A stretch of 64,000 nt of DNA from Nageia nagi (Eukaryota; Plantae; Pinophyta), in assembly GCA_050084985.1 (NCBI GenBank), contig JBITNC010000001.1, positions 190,774,001-190,838,000 of the forward strand, given 5' to 3'. Positions within the stretch are counted from its first letter, which is position 1. The number at the start of each line of letters is the position of its first letter. The translations under genes were made by a program, and so were the position numbers. Of the stretch, positions 1 to 12,849 are shown piece after piece. The notes beneath the pieces were generated by a model that worked only from the letters and a program-made list of their open reading frames with translations, ran no database searches and had not been told where the DNA came from.

Positions 1-1438
1 CCGTGATCATCATTTTGTAAGCCTCAAAATATCCTTCAAAAATAAGAGGTTAGGGCACCATTTACAACAAAACCTTAAGGTCTAAAGAGTTTATTTATTA
101 GATTTTTGATAAAGTTAATCTTGATACTCAAATGGCCATATCAAGGATGAAATATGGTACATTCCCGATGTTCTTGATATTGATATATCTAAGGAACCCT
201 ACAAAATAAAATATGTTAAAGGGAAGCCTCTAACTACAAGTCCTTAAGACATTGTATCCAATCAAGTAGGGCAAGCCCTAACTCACAAAGAGAGTAGACC
301 CCATTGTCCACATTCAAATGAATGGAAAAAAGATAAGGAGTTATGCCTAAATGCAAAATGATATGCTCTTTCCCTATTACTAATGACAAATGATTTTGAT
401 AAATGCTAAATGATGTACCAAGAATGGGGACAAATGATAAATTAAAGATGATTTAAGCCTAAAGCATGCAAACACCCAACAAATAATTAAGATAATGATA
501 TAAACACAAGATTTATGTTGTAATCAATATTAAATATGATTTACATAATGCTAATGATATAATGATCAAAGATATATGCTCACATACACAAAAAGATTCT
601 ATTACAATGGATCTTTATAATGCTTTAAGTATAGAATGATATTTAGCTTAAAGATGCCTAAATGTCACATAATGCATATGCAAGTAAGAAAATCTATGTT
701 CTAATGGAGGATATAAGTGTTCTTTAGCTCTCCAAAACCTGCAAAACCCTCACATAAGCAAGATATATACATGTATGTTCATAATTCACAAGAAAGATAC
801 CTCCAATCCACCTTTGGTGGGGTTAGATAAACTTGCCAATGCTAATCCATGGTGGATTTCTTATAATATCTTAACAAATGTTAATATGGGCTCAATGTTG
901 CTTGTTCATGTTCATCTCTAGTCTGTAACTGCTCTACACAACACAAGAAATTTCATGAAAAATTACTAATACCCATAAAATGGTATCATAACTGCCTTTT
1001 TATAAAAATAGATAGTTAGGATCATCTGAACAATTACACAGTTGTTGGAGAGATTACATAGTCATTTGGATGATTATGCAGTCATGCAAATGGTTAGGTG
1101 CTTTTGACAATTTTGTGAAAGATGTGTTTTGGGGGTGTATACAGCTTGTAGCTTTCAGGTTTCATCTTGAGAGTGCAGGTTACTTTGTGTGGGTAGGCTC
1201 ATAGAGGCTCATATGTCAAGTCAATATTGATCGACTAAACTTACAATGAAACCAGTTGTAGATAATGATTGTATTGTAAACCATTTTATTAAATGGTATT
1301 GTAATTAATCTCAAACTAAGATCTTGCTTATTTCTCAATGATGTAAATGTTCTCATCTCCACTGTATCTCTTTGGAGGAGAACTCTCTCTTGCTCTATCT
1401 TTCTTCTTCTCTCTATGCTCTATCCCAATATTACATTA

Positions 1439-1900
1439 AGGGGGAGTGTTAGAATTTGTATTAAAATATTGTGAAATATTTCTCCTTAATGTATATTCAC
1501 TTAATACTTAAAGTATCATTAGATACCATAAAGTATTAAGAGAATAAAAATAGGAGAAGTTTTAAAAATAGGTTCGAGATTAAAAATAGGTAAACAATTA
1601 AAAATAGAAAAATGATTAATTATAAAGTGGGTTTCTTCTTATAAAAAAAGAAGAACCCTCTTGTTCTCTAGTTACACAATTGTAATGCAAGCTTTGCTAT
1701 TGATTTAGAGTTTAGAGAGAGAAGAGATTTTGTAAGAGAGGTCCTTGAGAATAAGATCTTATTTAGTGGATGTACTCTTAAGGAGGGAGGAACCACTTTA
1801 TATCTTGTGTTATTTATAAGATTGGCTTAAGTTATTATGTTGATGTTGAAAGTGCCTTCTTGAGATCTTGGTAGATTAGAAATTAATTTAGAAAGGCTTA
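1439..1900 (+). mobile_element. Copia-type PPT plus decayed LTR (3' end approximate)
   Basis: AGGGGGAG|TGTTAG at 1439-1452, with TATA-like motifs downstream. Block ggatgtactc...ggaggaaccact (~1769) recurs at ~8103. Confidence 0.45.
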
Positions 1901-2556
1901 AATTATTCAACTTCAAAATTGATGGAAAAATATCAAAAAGTTTAAAAATTACCTTTCACCAAGCTAGACGAATATTTTTGAAGCCTTATAACTTGAATTT
2001 ATGGCCAAAAAGGGCCCAATGAACTACCAAAGGTGGGATCTAGCTCTCCAAACTACCAACATATTAATCCTAATATCTAAATCCAAAAAATTCACCTCAA
2101 ATCTTCCACTGTGAGCTCAAGTTAATTCCACCATAATTTTATCCTTAGATATTCCAATAGGACAATAAGATCTCGTCAACAACTCCTCCTTCTTACTCGA
2201 CATAAAAGGGTAAGATCTCCTCAAAAAGTGTCACCACTATGATGTTAGAAAAATATCATTATGAATTGGTACCACTATAATCTTAATCTCCTTAAAAAAT
2301 CTCCTTCAACTTCCTCACTAATAGGACGGTGAGAATCTTCTTTAACAACAACTATCCAACATGATGAAGAGATCTCCTTAAACTCCTTGGTAATTCTTAC
2401 CTGACATCTATTCTTCATAATTATCCTTACCCTTTCTTACCCGGTAGATGGCAAGATCAAGGCTCTGATACCATTATGAATTGGTGTCAAAGTTTTCAAA
2501 TCCTCTTTAGCCCTTCTTTCCCATAGGATGATAAGATCAAGGCTATGTTACCACTT

Positions 2557-3936
2557 TGATGATCCTAAATAGGTAGATTATTCTCAAATGTGTCCTAGGA
2601 GGGGTATGATTTCCTTGTTACTTTGAAACTATCCAAACAAGCTCAAAATAGCATAAAATATCCAACACCTACCTAATTTGACAATAATGGAACTTTGAAC
2701 ATGTAAAAACTACTCCGAAAATCCAACACTGTAATTAGGAAGGAAAAATACAAATTTAAATATGAATTTATTCTTTCAAATCCAATGTCTAGCACAAGAG
2801 GATAATTACAACAAATATAGAAGAAATAATGTAATTGTGTTGGTATTAAAATGATTAAAGTGAAATTACACAAATATATTTTTTATGCCTAAGAAGCTTT
2901 CACTAAGACTACCTCTAATAGGGTTATTTTGGATGGCTCTAGGGCGTCACCAATTGTAGTCATAGCAAGGCCAAGCCTAGGGCTTCCCTACTAACTCTAT
3001 GATAGAATTGATAATGTTCCTCTCTCGAATGGCTAGAGTAAGCTTAAGGCTATCCTTCTATCACCTCAAGACCTCAAATGCAGACATGCATCTACAAGTG
3101 GCAAAGAAAGAGTTCTCACACTCAATCCAATAAAAAGGGTTTTAATCATCAACTCAACATATCTCTTAATGTCTAGGAGTCCTTTTATAGGCATGGATGA
3201 TCATTTTTTAATCTTGCATTGAGATGATCTAATTATGGAGAGATGTGATCAATGTGCTTATGATGACAACATCCAAAATAAAGACCCTCAAGATAAGTGA
3301 GATCACATCTAAGGGCCTAGAAATGCAATATCCAAGTAGAGGTGACTTCAAGGTGCCTTGGAATTAGTGCCATGCATACAAATAACTAAGAGAGATGATG
3401 TGGGATATTGGGATGCCCAATCCTCCAACATGGAGGATATAATCTTCAAAAAATACCCAACATCCAAGTGTGGGAGTCGTCCAATGCCTCAAGATGTCAC
3501 ATTACTCCTAAAAGTACCACACGTCCAAGCTTAGGTATCCTTAATATGCCTTGAAGTTGGTGTAATCACCTAGGGGATGCTCTACCTTTAAGAGGGGATC
3601 ATTAATGATAAGAGGACCTTCTAATGCCAATATTACATTCATCAAGGCTAGAAATATGCAATACTCTTTATTGGAAACTAATATTGCATTTACAAATATA
3701 ATTGCCTTGGTATCATTAATACATCATTATTGGTATTTTAGAAACTCAACTAAATACAATAAATAAATAAAATAAAAGGGTTATCATTCCATAATTAGAG
3801 CATTTAACTCAGTCTTTGAATGGAACTTACAATATTTGGTCAAAACCTACAAAAATAGATAAAATCACATCTAAACTAATGGTCCCATTTATTAGAGGTG
3901 AAATGGGGAATACATAATAAAAATAGGGACATTGCA
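2557..3936 (-). mobile_element. 5' LTR (minus strand) followed by tRNA-Met PBS
   Basis: Minus strand starts TGCAATGTCCC at 3936 and ends ...CATCA near 2557. A degenerate PBS (TGGTAACATAGCC) follows, and a canonical TGGTATCAGAGCC lies at 2461-2473. Homologous to the LTR at 55777. Confidence 0.65.
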
Positions 3937-4024
3937 TGTTATCCTTAACATTTCTTGTAATGCCCTATGTAGTTTTTTTTTACCATAAAATATGAAATAT
4001 CACATATAATTTAAGGGATAAACC

Positions 4025-7000
4025 TTGCTAGCTTTGATTAATTCAAGGAGTACACATAATTTTATTGATCCTGGTGTGGCCAAAAAGGCCAACTATTATA
4101 TGCACCCATTGAAAATTTTTTAAGTGATGATCGGGAATGGAGGGAAAATTACCTCCAAATGATGATGTCACAATGTCAAGCTTAGTATGGGTGAATACCA
4201 AATATAAAGTGATACATATGTTATATCATTACGAGGTTGTGATGTGGTCCTTGCTGTGTAATGGTTGATGACACTAGTACCTATTATCTAGGATTTTCAT
4301 GAGCTTTAGATGTAATTCATAGTTGGAGGACACAAATATACTCTTAAAGGACTCGTATTTGGGCCATCATAAATTATTAGTTCACATCGCATGGAAAAAC
4401 TACTTTAGAAGGGAGGTAAGGGAATGGTAGCATAATTATTTTCAATTCAAGTATCCAAGAAAGGACCTAAAGAATTATAGAAACTCCAACATCTATTAGC
4501 TTGTCACACGAGTATTTTTGATGAACCACATGGGTTTTCTTGACATATTACTTAAGATCATACAACCAAGTTGGTTCCAGGGAATCAACCACCCAACATT
4601 AGACCTTACTGTTACACATGCTTACAAAAGGATGAAATTGAGAAGCTAGTCCAAGACATGTTGGAAGTTGGTATCATTTTGCCTAATGTAAGCTCTTACT
4701 CTTCTCCTATTCTCTTCATTTGCAAGAAAGTGGGTTGTGGTGTATGTGCATTAACTTTCAAGCCTTGAACAAAATCATAATCAAGGCCAAGTTTTCCATT
4801 CCTGTTATTGACTAACTATTAGATGAATTACATGGTGCTAAATATTTCTCAAAGTTAGATATTTGCTCTAGGTACCATCTTATTAGGCTCCGCAATGAAG
4901 ATATTCCCAAAATTGCCTTCCACACACATGAAGTCCACTATGAGTTTTTTGTAATGCCATTTAGCCTTACTAATGCTCCTTCCACCTTCCAAAGTCTAAT
5001 GAACTAGATATTTCATCCTTACCTTTCAAAATTTATTTTAGTTTTCATTGATGATATTTTTATCTACAATAAGACTTGGGAGGATCACTTTTCCTAGTTA
5101 GAACATACCTTGTGAAGTCTCTAAGATCACTAATTATATGCCAAACATTCCAAATGTTCCTTTGGATTTAAAAAGCTCAAGTACCTCAATCATATTATTT
5201 CTAAAGAGAGTGTCAAGGTGGATCCCTTGAAGATTGAGGATACATAAAACTAGCCTCTTCACAAATCTCTAAAAAGTTTACAGGGAATCTTAGGATTGAT
5301 TGGGTACTACCATAAAATTGTGAAATATTATGGCAAGATTGTAGACCCACTCATCATTCTACTAAAAAGAATACTTTCAACTGGTCGATCACTACAGAAG
5401 AATCCTTTCATAATATGAAGGTTTCCATGTGTTATATCCCAATCCTGGTCATTCTTGATTTCTCTAAAACTTTTATCATTGAAAGTGATGCCTCTTGCAT
5501 AGGAATTGCAGCTATGTTGATGTAGGAAGGATGACCCTTGGCCTCCACAAGTAAGGTCCTCTTAGGTAAAAACTTGGCTAAATCCACCTATTAAAAAGAG
5601 ATGCTTGATACATTTCATGTAGTTTAGCATTGGAGGCCCTACCTTATTAGTCAATATTTTGTCATTCAAATGAACAATCATAGTTTGAAATATTTCTTGG
5701 AATAACATATCTCTACTCTTGAATAATAAAAGTGGATACCCAAACTTTTCAAAGATGACTATGAGATTATGTATTGAAAAGGAAGTAAGAATGTAGTTGC
5801 AAATGCCCTTTCTAAAAAACTCAAGGAGATGGTGGTACTTCAAGTTGTCTCGTCTTCATTCCCTCAATGGCTTGACCACATTAAATAAGAATGGCTTGAT
5901 GATAACTTCACACAAATAGTTATTCAACACCTACAAATGGATCTTACCAAAAAATCCTATTTCTCTTGGCACGATGAGATGCATTAGTTCAAATGTCATA
6001 TTGCACTACCTACCAAATCCTCATGTAATGAGTTAATACTTCAAGAGTTGCATGTAGCATCCATGATCGACCATTCTAGGTTTCTAAAAACCTACAAGCG
6101 AGTGATCTAATCCTTCTATTTTCTAGGAATGAACCATGATATCAAGAAGTATATTTCTAAATGTGATGTTTTTTAATGATAAAAAGGTGAAACAATTGGT
6201 AAACTAAGTCTATTTCAGCCTCTACCCATACCAAAGAGAGTTTGGATTGATATTTCCATGGATTTTATCAAAATCCTTACAAAATCTTATGGGAAAGTGG
6301 TTATCATGGTGGTAGTGGATAAGATGTCCAAGTACACACACTTTTACCCCTTGATTCACCCCTAAAAGGTTGTCAATGCACAACTTTTTCTTGATAATAC
6401 TTTCAAACTCCATGGTATGCCTTCTACTATTGTTAATGACCATGATCCAACATTTACTAGTAAACTATAGCAAGAATTCTTCAAGCTCCAAGGTAGTCAA
6501 CCTATCACCCCTAGAATGATAATCAATAAGATATTTTAATAAGTGCCTGGAGATATATCTCCATTATTTTTCTTTAACCCAATCCATCTAATGGGTTAAA
6601 TGGATTCCCTTAGTAGAATGATGGTATAATACTTCATATCATGCTGATATTAAGATGATCCCAATATGAAGTCTTGTATGGCCAAGCCTCACCCACTATG
6701 ACCTCCTATATTCCTAGAAGCACCAATGTACAAGTAGTAGACACCACCTTAACTAGCTAGGGAGATATCCTTTGCATCCTTTATGAGAATCTACAAGTGG
6801 ATCAACACCATATAAAATGTCAAGTTGATTAATAACATGTTAAGAGGGAATTCCAAGAAGGAGTCATATTCTTCCTACAACTTCAACCATACTGACAAAC
6901 ATCTCTCAAGATAAAAGGACTCCAAAGGCTATCTCTCGAATTTTATGGGCCTTACAAAATACTCTAATGCATTGGATCCATAACATAAAAATTGGCACTA

Positions 7001-7190
7001 CATGCATCTTCTAAGATTCACCTTGTCTTTCATGTCTCTTATCTTAAGAAGGTCTTAGTCTCCTAGGCCATGGTTCAAATTAAGCTACCTGAATTCATGG
7101 AGGATGGCTCCATCATGATCGAACTTGAAGCAATTCTGAGACTATCACATGTGTCAACTTCGCAACCACACCATTACTAAAGTTCTCACA
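4025..7190 (+). mobile_element. Decayed Ty3/Gypsy (chromovirus-like) pol: PR-RT-RH-IN
   Basis: ALI(N)SRSTHNFID protease (~4031), QKDEIEKLVQDMLEVGII and FIDDIFIY RT, FIIESDAS/NVVANALS RNase H, WIDISMDFI integrase, FYGPYKI and IHLVFHVSYLKK. Many stops and frameshifts. Confidence 0.9.
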
Positions 7191-7849
7191 ATAAATTATC
7201 AAGGAAAAATTTCTCCAATTTAATGATAATTGTATAATTGTTGGATATATACCACTTTGTTTCTCCATTTTAAAATTTAGTCACTTAAAATTTTTACTTA
7301 CAAAAGTTAATGAAGAACATTTTCTACTAAATTTTATGAAAATAGTTTTATTAATAATCTCTTATCATGGGAAAATGTTGTACACATATCCTAAAATTAT
7401 CTTGTGTAATGAGTAAAATTTTATTTTATGATGAAAGTCTTGAACTTTGGGATTATCATGTGTGGAATGGTTAAAAATATTATCTTAAATATTTGACACC
7501 AATACTATCCAAAGTAAGTGGAGTGATGACTCCCATTCACATATAATGCACTTACTATTTCAATATTTCCACTTTATGTTGGTGGGTATTGTATGTTAAA
7601 TAAGATTGAAATAAATGATATGTAAAATTGGGTGGTTAATTAAGTTAAAAAAATAAAATCTATAACATATGAAATAGGTTATGATAGTCATCAAATAAGT
7701 TATAAAATAATAGAAAAGGGTGTTGTAGGTGTTATATAGGGTAAAAAGCATTATTGAAAAAGTATAGTACGATTTGATCAAATTTCATTTTCTATGTTTC
7801 AAACTCTTGAATGACCAAAGAGATATTTTCTATAGTTGATCAAGAAATG

Positions 7850-8240
7850 TAGGTGACTAAAATAAAGGGAATAAATATAGAAAGAGAAATAAATATAAAA
7901 ACACCTTTAACCTTATCCTTGGTAAAAAGAAGGTTAAAGGGTGGGTTAGTTCTTATAAATAGAGAGGTACTTCTCTCATTATGTAACTTGATCAAACTTG
8001 ATAAAGCATGGTAATGCTTGTAGAGATGCTTTTGTAGGAGTTTTGTTGAGAATTTGTAGGATAATTATATTATGAGAAAGTAATAGAATGATGGTTCAAA
8101 TTGGATGTACTCCCAAGAGATGGAGGAACCACTATACATTGTGTGTTATCTTTTGTGTGATTGTTTCTTGCATTAGTAAATGGATGAATGGTAGATTTTT
8201 GGAGAACTTCAAGTTGATCTTGGTTATATGGAATCCTTCA
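7850..8240 (+). mobile_element. Decayed LTR remnant related to 1447-1900
   Basis: TATAAATA at ~7954. Shares the ggatgtactc..ggaggaaccact..tgtgttat block. Ends undefined. Confidence 0.35.
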
Positions 8241-8718
8241 ATTCCATCAAAATCAAGAACATTTGAATTTAGCAAATCACTTTATAATCTTCTTCCTTAC
8301 CTTGTCATACTGATGGTTTATATTTCATCTCCTTGATTTTCTATCTTCCAAGACCATTAACATATTTTTGTATTTAATAAATTTGATTAGTATGAGACAA
8401 AATAATTTTCCCTTAAAAATTACAAACCATACTATAATTTATTCTATATACAATATAATTTTAAAAAGAAAATCATACAACTAATCTCATTTTATGTAAA
8501 TTCAATTTTAAACTTATTTCAATCCATTTCAATAAATATTTTACTATTTCAAACTAAAAACATTCTAAATATCCATTATAGGAATTAGAATAAACATCAT
8601 GTATCTTAATAATTCTTGGTAAAAGATTATTCAAATATATATATTTTTTTACGTCAAATTAGCTTGGTTTCCTCTTTCAAAATATAATCAATAGTATTTT
8701 GAAAATATACTCACAAAT

Positions 8719-8883
8719 ATTCAACATGTGTCGCGGAGTTAGAGAGAAGAGTAGCTGAAATCTCTCAAGTGGATAATGACAGGCCCAAGTTCAAGTCTCC
8801 TCCCTCATAGTAGATAGATATGTAGCATATGACAGGTGTCCATTATCTTGCACAAACTTGTAACTCATCAAAATAAAAGAAAA
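8719..8883 (+). mobile_element. SINE-like retroposon in the PANK2 upstream region
   Basis: 17-bp direct repeat AAAATATACTCACAAAT at 8702-8718 and 8884-8900. A-rich 3' tail. B-box-like GTTCAAGTC at ~8789. Confidence 0.75.
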
Positions 8884-8969
8884 AAAATATACTCACAAAT
8901 TTAACATTTAACTTCCTTTAACTCTATTAAATTATAGAATCTTTCAAATTTTTTTAAATATCATCATTA

Positions 8970-9122
8970 TAGAAGATAAAAATAGAATTTAAAATCTTCT
9001 AGCATCTTTACATTTCACTTCTTTACATCTCAATCAAAAAAATTTAAATATCTTCTATGTAGAAGATAAAAATAGAATTTAAGATCTTATAGCATCTTTC
9101 CATTTCACTTCTTTATCTCTCA
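8970..9122. repeat. ~60-bp direct duplication (period ~90 bp)
   Basis: tagaagataaaaatagaatttaa.atctt.tagcatcttt.catttcacttcttta at ~8970 and ~9060. Confidence 0.8.
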
Positions 9123-9131
9123 CTTATCTGT

Positions 9132-9138
9132 TATAAAA
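9132..9138 (+). promoter_or_regulatory. Candidate TATA box of PANK2
   Basis: TATAAAA ~240 nt upstream of the ATG, at the transition from AT-rich to more GC-rich sequence. Confidence 0.35.
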
Positions 9139-9370
9139 GGAATAGAAATCACACATATTAATATTCTTTTAGAAAACCCCAAAGATTAGCAGAAAGTGTG
9201 AGACGGACTCTCAGCGTTTAGCCTTTGACCTTCCACAAAGTTTGAACCCGTAGTAGGTTGAAATTGGCCAATAGAGCTCCAATTTACTTCTGAGAGATCC
9301 CCGGGTCGATTCCTTCCATCTGGTAGTGTCCTACACGCAAACGATAAGAGTAGTTGACACATCCACAAAT

Positions 9371-9608
9371 ATGGCAGAGAAGAACTCACCTTCATCATCG
9401 ATTTCTCGTTCTCCTGAGGAGAAAGATACCATTCCCACCACACCATCACAAAATTCTTCTCCTCCTCCAACCATGCAGAGATCGTCGTCAAGGCCTCAGC
9501 TGGATGTGAGCGGGGCGGCCATTCAGGGCAGCTCCGAAGATCGCAATCCCACCATTCTTCTCCCCAACCAGACCGACGATATTTCCCACTTTGCTGTCGA
9601 TATAGGCG
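9371..9608 (+). CDS. PANK2: Pantothenate kinase 2, coding exon 1
   Basis: ATG in aaatATGG context. Translates MAEKNSP...MQRSSSRPQLDVSGAAIQGSSEDRNPTILLPNQTDDISHFAVDIG, matching the plant PANK2 N-terminus (HRSGSRPQLD...PTILLPNQSDDISHLALDIGG). Donor G|GTAGA at 9609. Confidence 0.92.
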
Positions 9609-9708
9609 GTAGAAACTTGCCATTTCCTCCAATACTAGATGAAAAGGCGATTATTGTGCTTTCAAATCAATAGATTGAGCTAATAGTGAGTGATATTTAT
9701 GCTGGCAG

Positions 9709-9921
9709 GATCGTTGATAAAGCTGGTATATTTTTCGAGACATGCGGACCCACCTATAGGAACCGAGGATTGTGTTGGAGAATCCGAGCACAATAAGAAT
9801 GCTAGATCGGCAAGGGGACGCAGGTATCCCATCCTGGGTGGCCGCCTCCACTTCGTTAAGTTCGAGACCAGCAAATTAAGAGATTGCTTACACTTTATCG
9901 AATCCAAGAAGCTTCACCACG
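9709..9921 (+). CDS. PANK2: Pantothenate kinase 2, exon 2
   Basis: Acceptor ggcag|GA. (G)SLIKLVYFSRH...YPILGGRLHFVKFETSKLRDCLHFIESKKLHH completes the DIGGSLIK phosphate-1 motif of type II PanK. Donor G|GTATG. Confidence 0.95.
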
Positions 9922-10406
9922 GTATGTTGCTGCCCTCCGTTTTTGTTTTAGTTCACTGTTACGAAGCTCAAAAAGTTTGAACAATTTATGACACATCTGC
10001 ATACAATTTAGAGAAGCACCACCAGTAAATATAAGAGCCATTTACTTAATGTGCAAAATTCGTAAGCGCTGGCATTTTTTGAATGGGCAAGTCTGTGAAA
10101 ATAACTCAAAAGTCTAATTTTTGGAAAAAGAAATTGTAAGTCTATTTTTTGGAAACATGGTGTAAAGAAGTCATGATACTTGAAAAACCTTCTTAAGAAG
10201 CTGCAACTATTTTAAGCTTTCGTATTTTGCAGTCGATGAAATTCGATCTCTGGCCTGTAGCTGTCTTAAATTTTAGGATAAAATTTCCCAAATGTGCAAG
10301 TAAATATATTTTCGGGGGACCATTTAAAATAGCTTGTAGACCTCTATATGGGACAATTTGCCAGTCATTCAAAATCGTTTCAATGGCGTGGATACAAAAC
10401 TATAAA

Positions 10407-10821
10407 GGCATTGTCTAAGCAGCCTTCTAAATGCTTTTCAAAAATCGTGCTTTTGTCAGACTTGTTAGTGCGGTGCTCCGGTGATGGGTTTTTTCTGGCT
10501 GGGCGTTGATTCAACGAATGCCTCAAAATTTGCAAAAAAAATTCTAAGTGTCGGATGTCCAAAAGTGCTGAGTGAGATTTGAACTCGTTACACCTGGTTT
10601 GCAGTCCAATGTTCTAACCATTATACCATCTAGCATTTCATCAAAATCATTCAATCCCTGAAGTTTTTATTTGCTTCCCAGGATCATTCATTGAATGAAT
10701 GCCTTAGGGCCAATGAGTGCCCCCTTCTAGAAATTGCATGACCATCGGAAAAATTTCTGACGTTGACACTGATAAAAGCGCGATTTTTGAGAGACGTTTA
10801 GAAGGCTGCTTAGACAATGCC
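10407..10821. mobile_element. Mutator-like (MULE) MITE in intron 2
   Basis: ~53-bp TIRs starting GGCATTGTCTAAGCAGCCTTCTAAA. Perfect 9-bp TSD AACTATAAA (10398-10406, 10822-10830). Confidence 0.92.
10565..10636 (-). tRNA. Degenerate tRNA-Cys(GCA)-like sequence inside the MULE MITE
   Basis: 72 nt: ATGCTAGATGGTATAATGGTTAGAACATTGGACTGCAAACCAGGTGTAACGAGTTCAAATCTCACTCAGCAC. A-box TGGTATAATGG, CTGCAAA loop, B-box GTTCAAATC, then TTTT. Stems are imperfect, so probably a pseudogene or SINE head. Confidence 0.7.
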
Positions 10822-11417
10822 AACTATAAAGCTCTTTGAGTTGCAAACAACATCATAACACTGGAACGAGCCTCCCACATTTTGGATATGCTTGGTTGAA
10901 ACAAATTCTCCAATGAAGAATAATTTGTTAAGGACCTTACCATCCACAGCATGCAGAATCAACTTTCTCCACAACACTCTTGTGCAAATCTGGCAACTGC
11001 TCCATGCATTTTTGGTGTGGATTAAAACCTATAAGCGTATATTGGAATTATTTGTCAGTTTACAAATGGTCTTGAAATTTATCCTTTCTTTCCGTAATCT
11101 GACTGCTGTTGTCTTCTCTTTTGAATTCCTTGATGGTGAAATCTGTCTCTAACTTAGCAAAACACCCATTTTTCATGTTTTCCAATTAAATGTATTAAAT
11201 ATTATTTTAATACTTGGTGGATCTGTATTAGGATCGCTGTTTATCTGAGATTTCATACTTTGTTTTATATATTATAATCATAGTTTACATTGTAGTTCTG
11301 GTCCCCTGATTATTGTACTAAAATTCATTTCAGTTCACACTTCAGGTTGATGATTCCTTGTGATTATTTTTGATTTAAAAATATTATTGATCTTTGTCTT
11401 TCTGACTGTATTGCCAG

Positions 11418-11461
11418 GGAAAGATTTTCACGAGTCTAATGGTGGAGACCCCATAATTAAG
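11418..11461 (+). CDS. PANK2: Pantothenate kinase 2, 44-nt exon 3
   Basis: ttgccag|GG AAA GAT...ATA ATT AAG|gtact = (G)KDFHESNGGDPIIK. Phase links exon 2 (phase 1) to exon 4 (phase 0), giving the conserved IIK-ATGGGA. Confidence 0.85.
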
Positions 11462-12849
11462 GTACTCACACAATTTCACTGCTTGCAGTTGATGCAAAGT
11501 AAATGTCAATGCTTGCATAAACAATGATAGCAGCAAAATTAGTTCGGAAATGGTTGGATTATATGGTACACTTATTTCAAATGTTTACCAAGCAATGCTA
11601 ATCATTTACTAGCAATTCTGTTATTTACTTTCACCATTTTCATTAAAGAGACTACTTGCAATGTTTTGTCTATGGTATGATAATAATATGTTCATGTTGA
11701 AACTGGAGCATGAGATGCTAAAAATAATTTCAATGGCAATGCTTTCACCATGGGGATCTTTTATCTTTCTGAAGAAGAAAAATCACAATGTAGCATGTTG
11801 CCCACTATACAAAGAAATAATTCATAATCAGCTCTCTGTTTGTTTGATTAAATAATGGGATTAGAAGTTTTCTTTAATGTTGATTTGAAGTCTGAAAACT
11901 ACTGAACTTGGGTATAAGAATGAAGACATGCAACATGGTCTTTTGGACTTGGTATCACTATTGACAGTATTGATTCAGCGTCTTGCCTTTCAATATCACA
12001 AATATAACAAGGGTGTCTGGACTTTGCATGTCAGATGAGTATCAATAAGTTCTTGGACAATTTGAGCTTGTTTCCTTAGATATAATTCTGATTTTTCCTA
12101 CTTTGGGTAACATAAGGATTACTCGAGAGTTTCTTCTTTAGTAGGAGGACATTGATTCTATTGTGGCCGCACAACATGCCCCAATATTTTGGAGGACCCA
12201 ATTATGGCCAAAATAATGGAGGAAATTGATTTGGAAATGACAAACAAGATGCTTTTGATGGCTTAAAGGGGAATGAAAATATCAAAAGATGCATTAAGTG
12301 TCAAAATTTTAGGAAAATCTCCTTTAAAATTCAAGTTCCCCTAGTTTGTGCCCGTAGGTCTTAAATAGCCCAAAAGGCTAAATTGCATCACTATGGGGTC
12401 CTAAAATGCTCAAAAAGGTCAATTTTGCACCTTTAGAGGGTCTTACAAGGCAAATTTCCTTTATTTGTATGTTTTTGGATCTTAAAACTTCAAAAATTTT
12501 GAAGGTACGACCTAGGGGAGGAAAATCGCATGTTTCCAAGTCTTAAGATGCTCAAAAGGTAAAATTGTATGGTTTCCAAGTCTGAAAATACTTAAAAGGC
12601 CAAGTCACATCCTTGGAGGTTATTAAAAGGGCAAATTTCCCCTAGTCGCATGTTTTTGAGAACTTAAAATTTTTTAAGGTGCGATTAAGGGAAGGAAAGT
12701 CGCATGGTTTAGGGACTCAAGATTAAAATTTTTTAAACATGCGATATAGAAAGGGGAAGTCGCATGGTTTAGGAGGCTTTAAAAACTAAGAATTTTGAAG
12801 GCAAGACTAGCACTTTACACATAATTTTAACCTTAAAATCCTATGTTCC

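Noticed and set aside
1-1430. Probable decayed LTR/TE sequence
   Set aside because: No termini, TSD or coding motif could be supported.
9186-9632. 148-aa antisense ORF over exon 1
   Set aside because: Shadow ORF of the GC-rich PANK2 exon with no recognisable domain.
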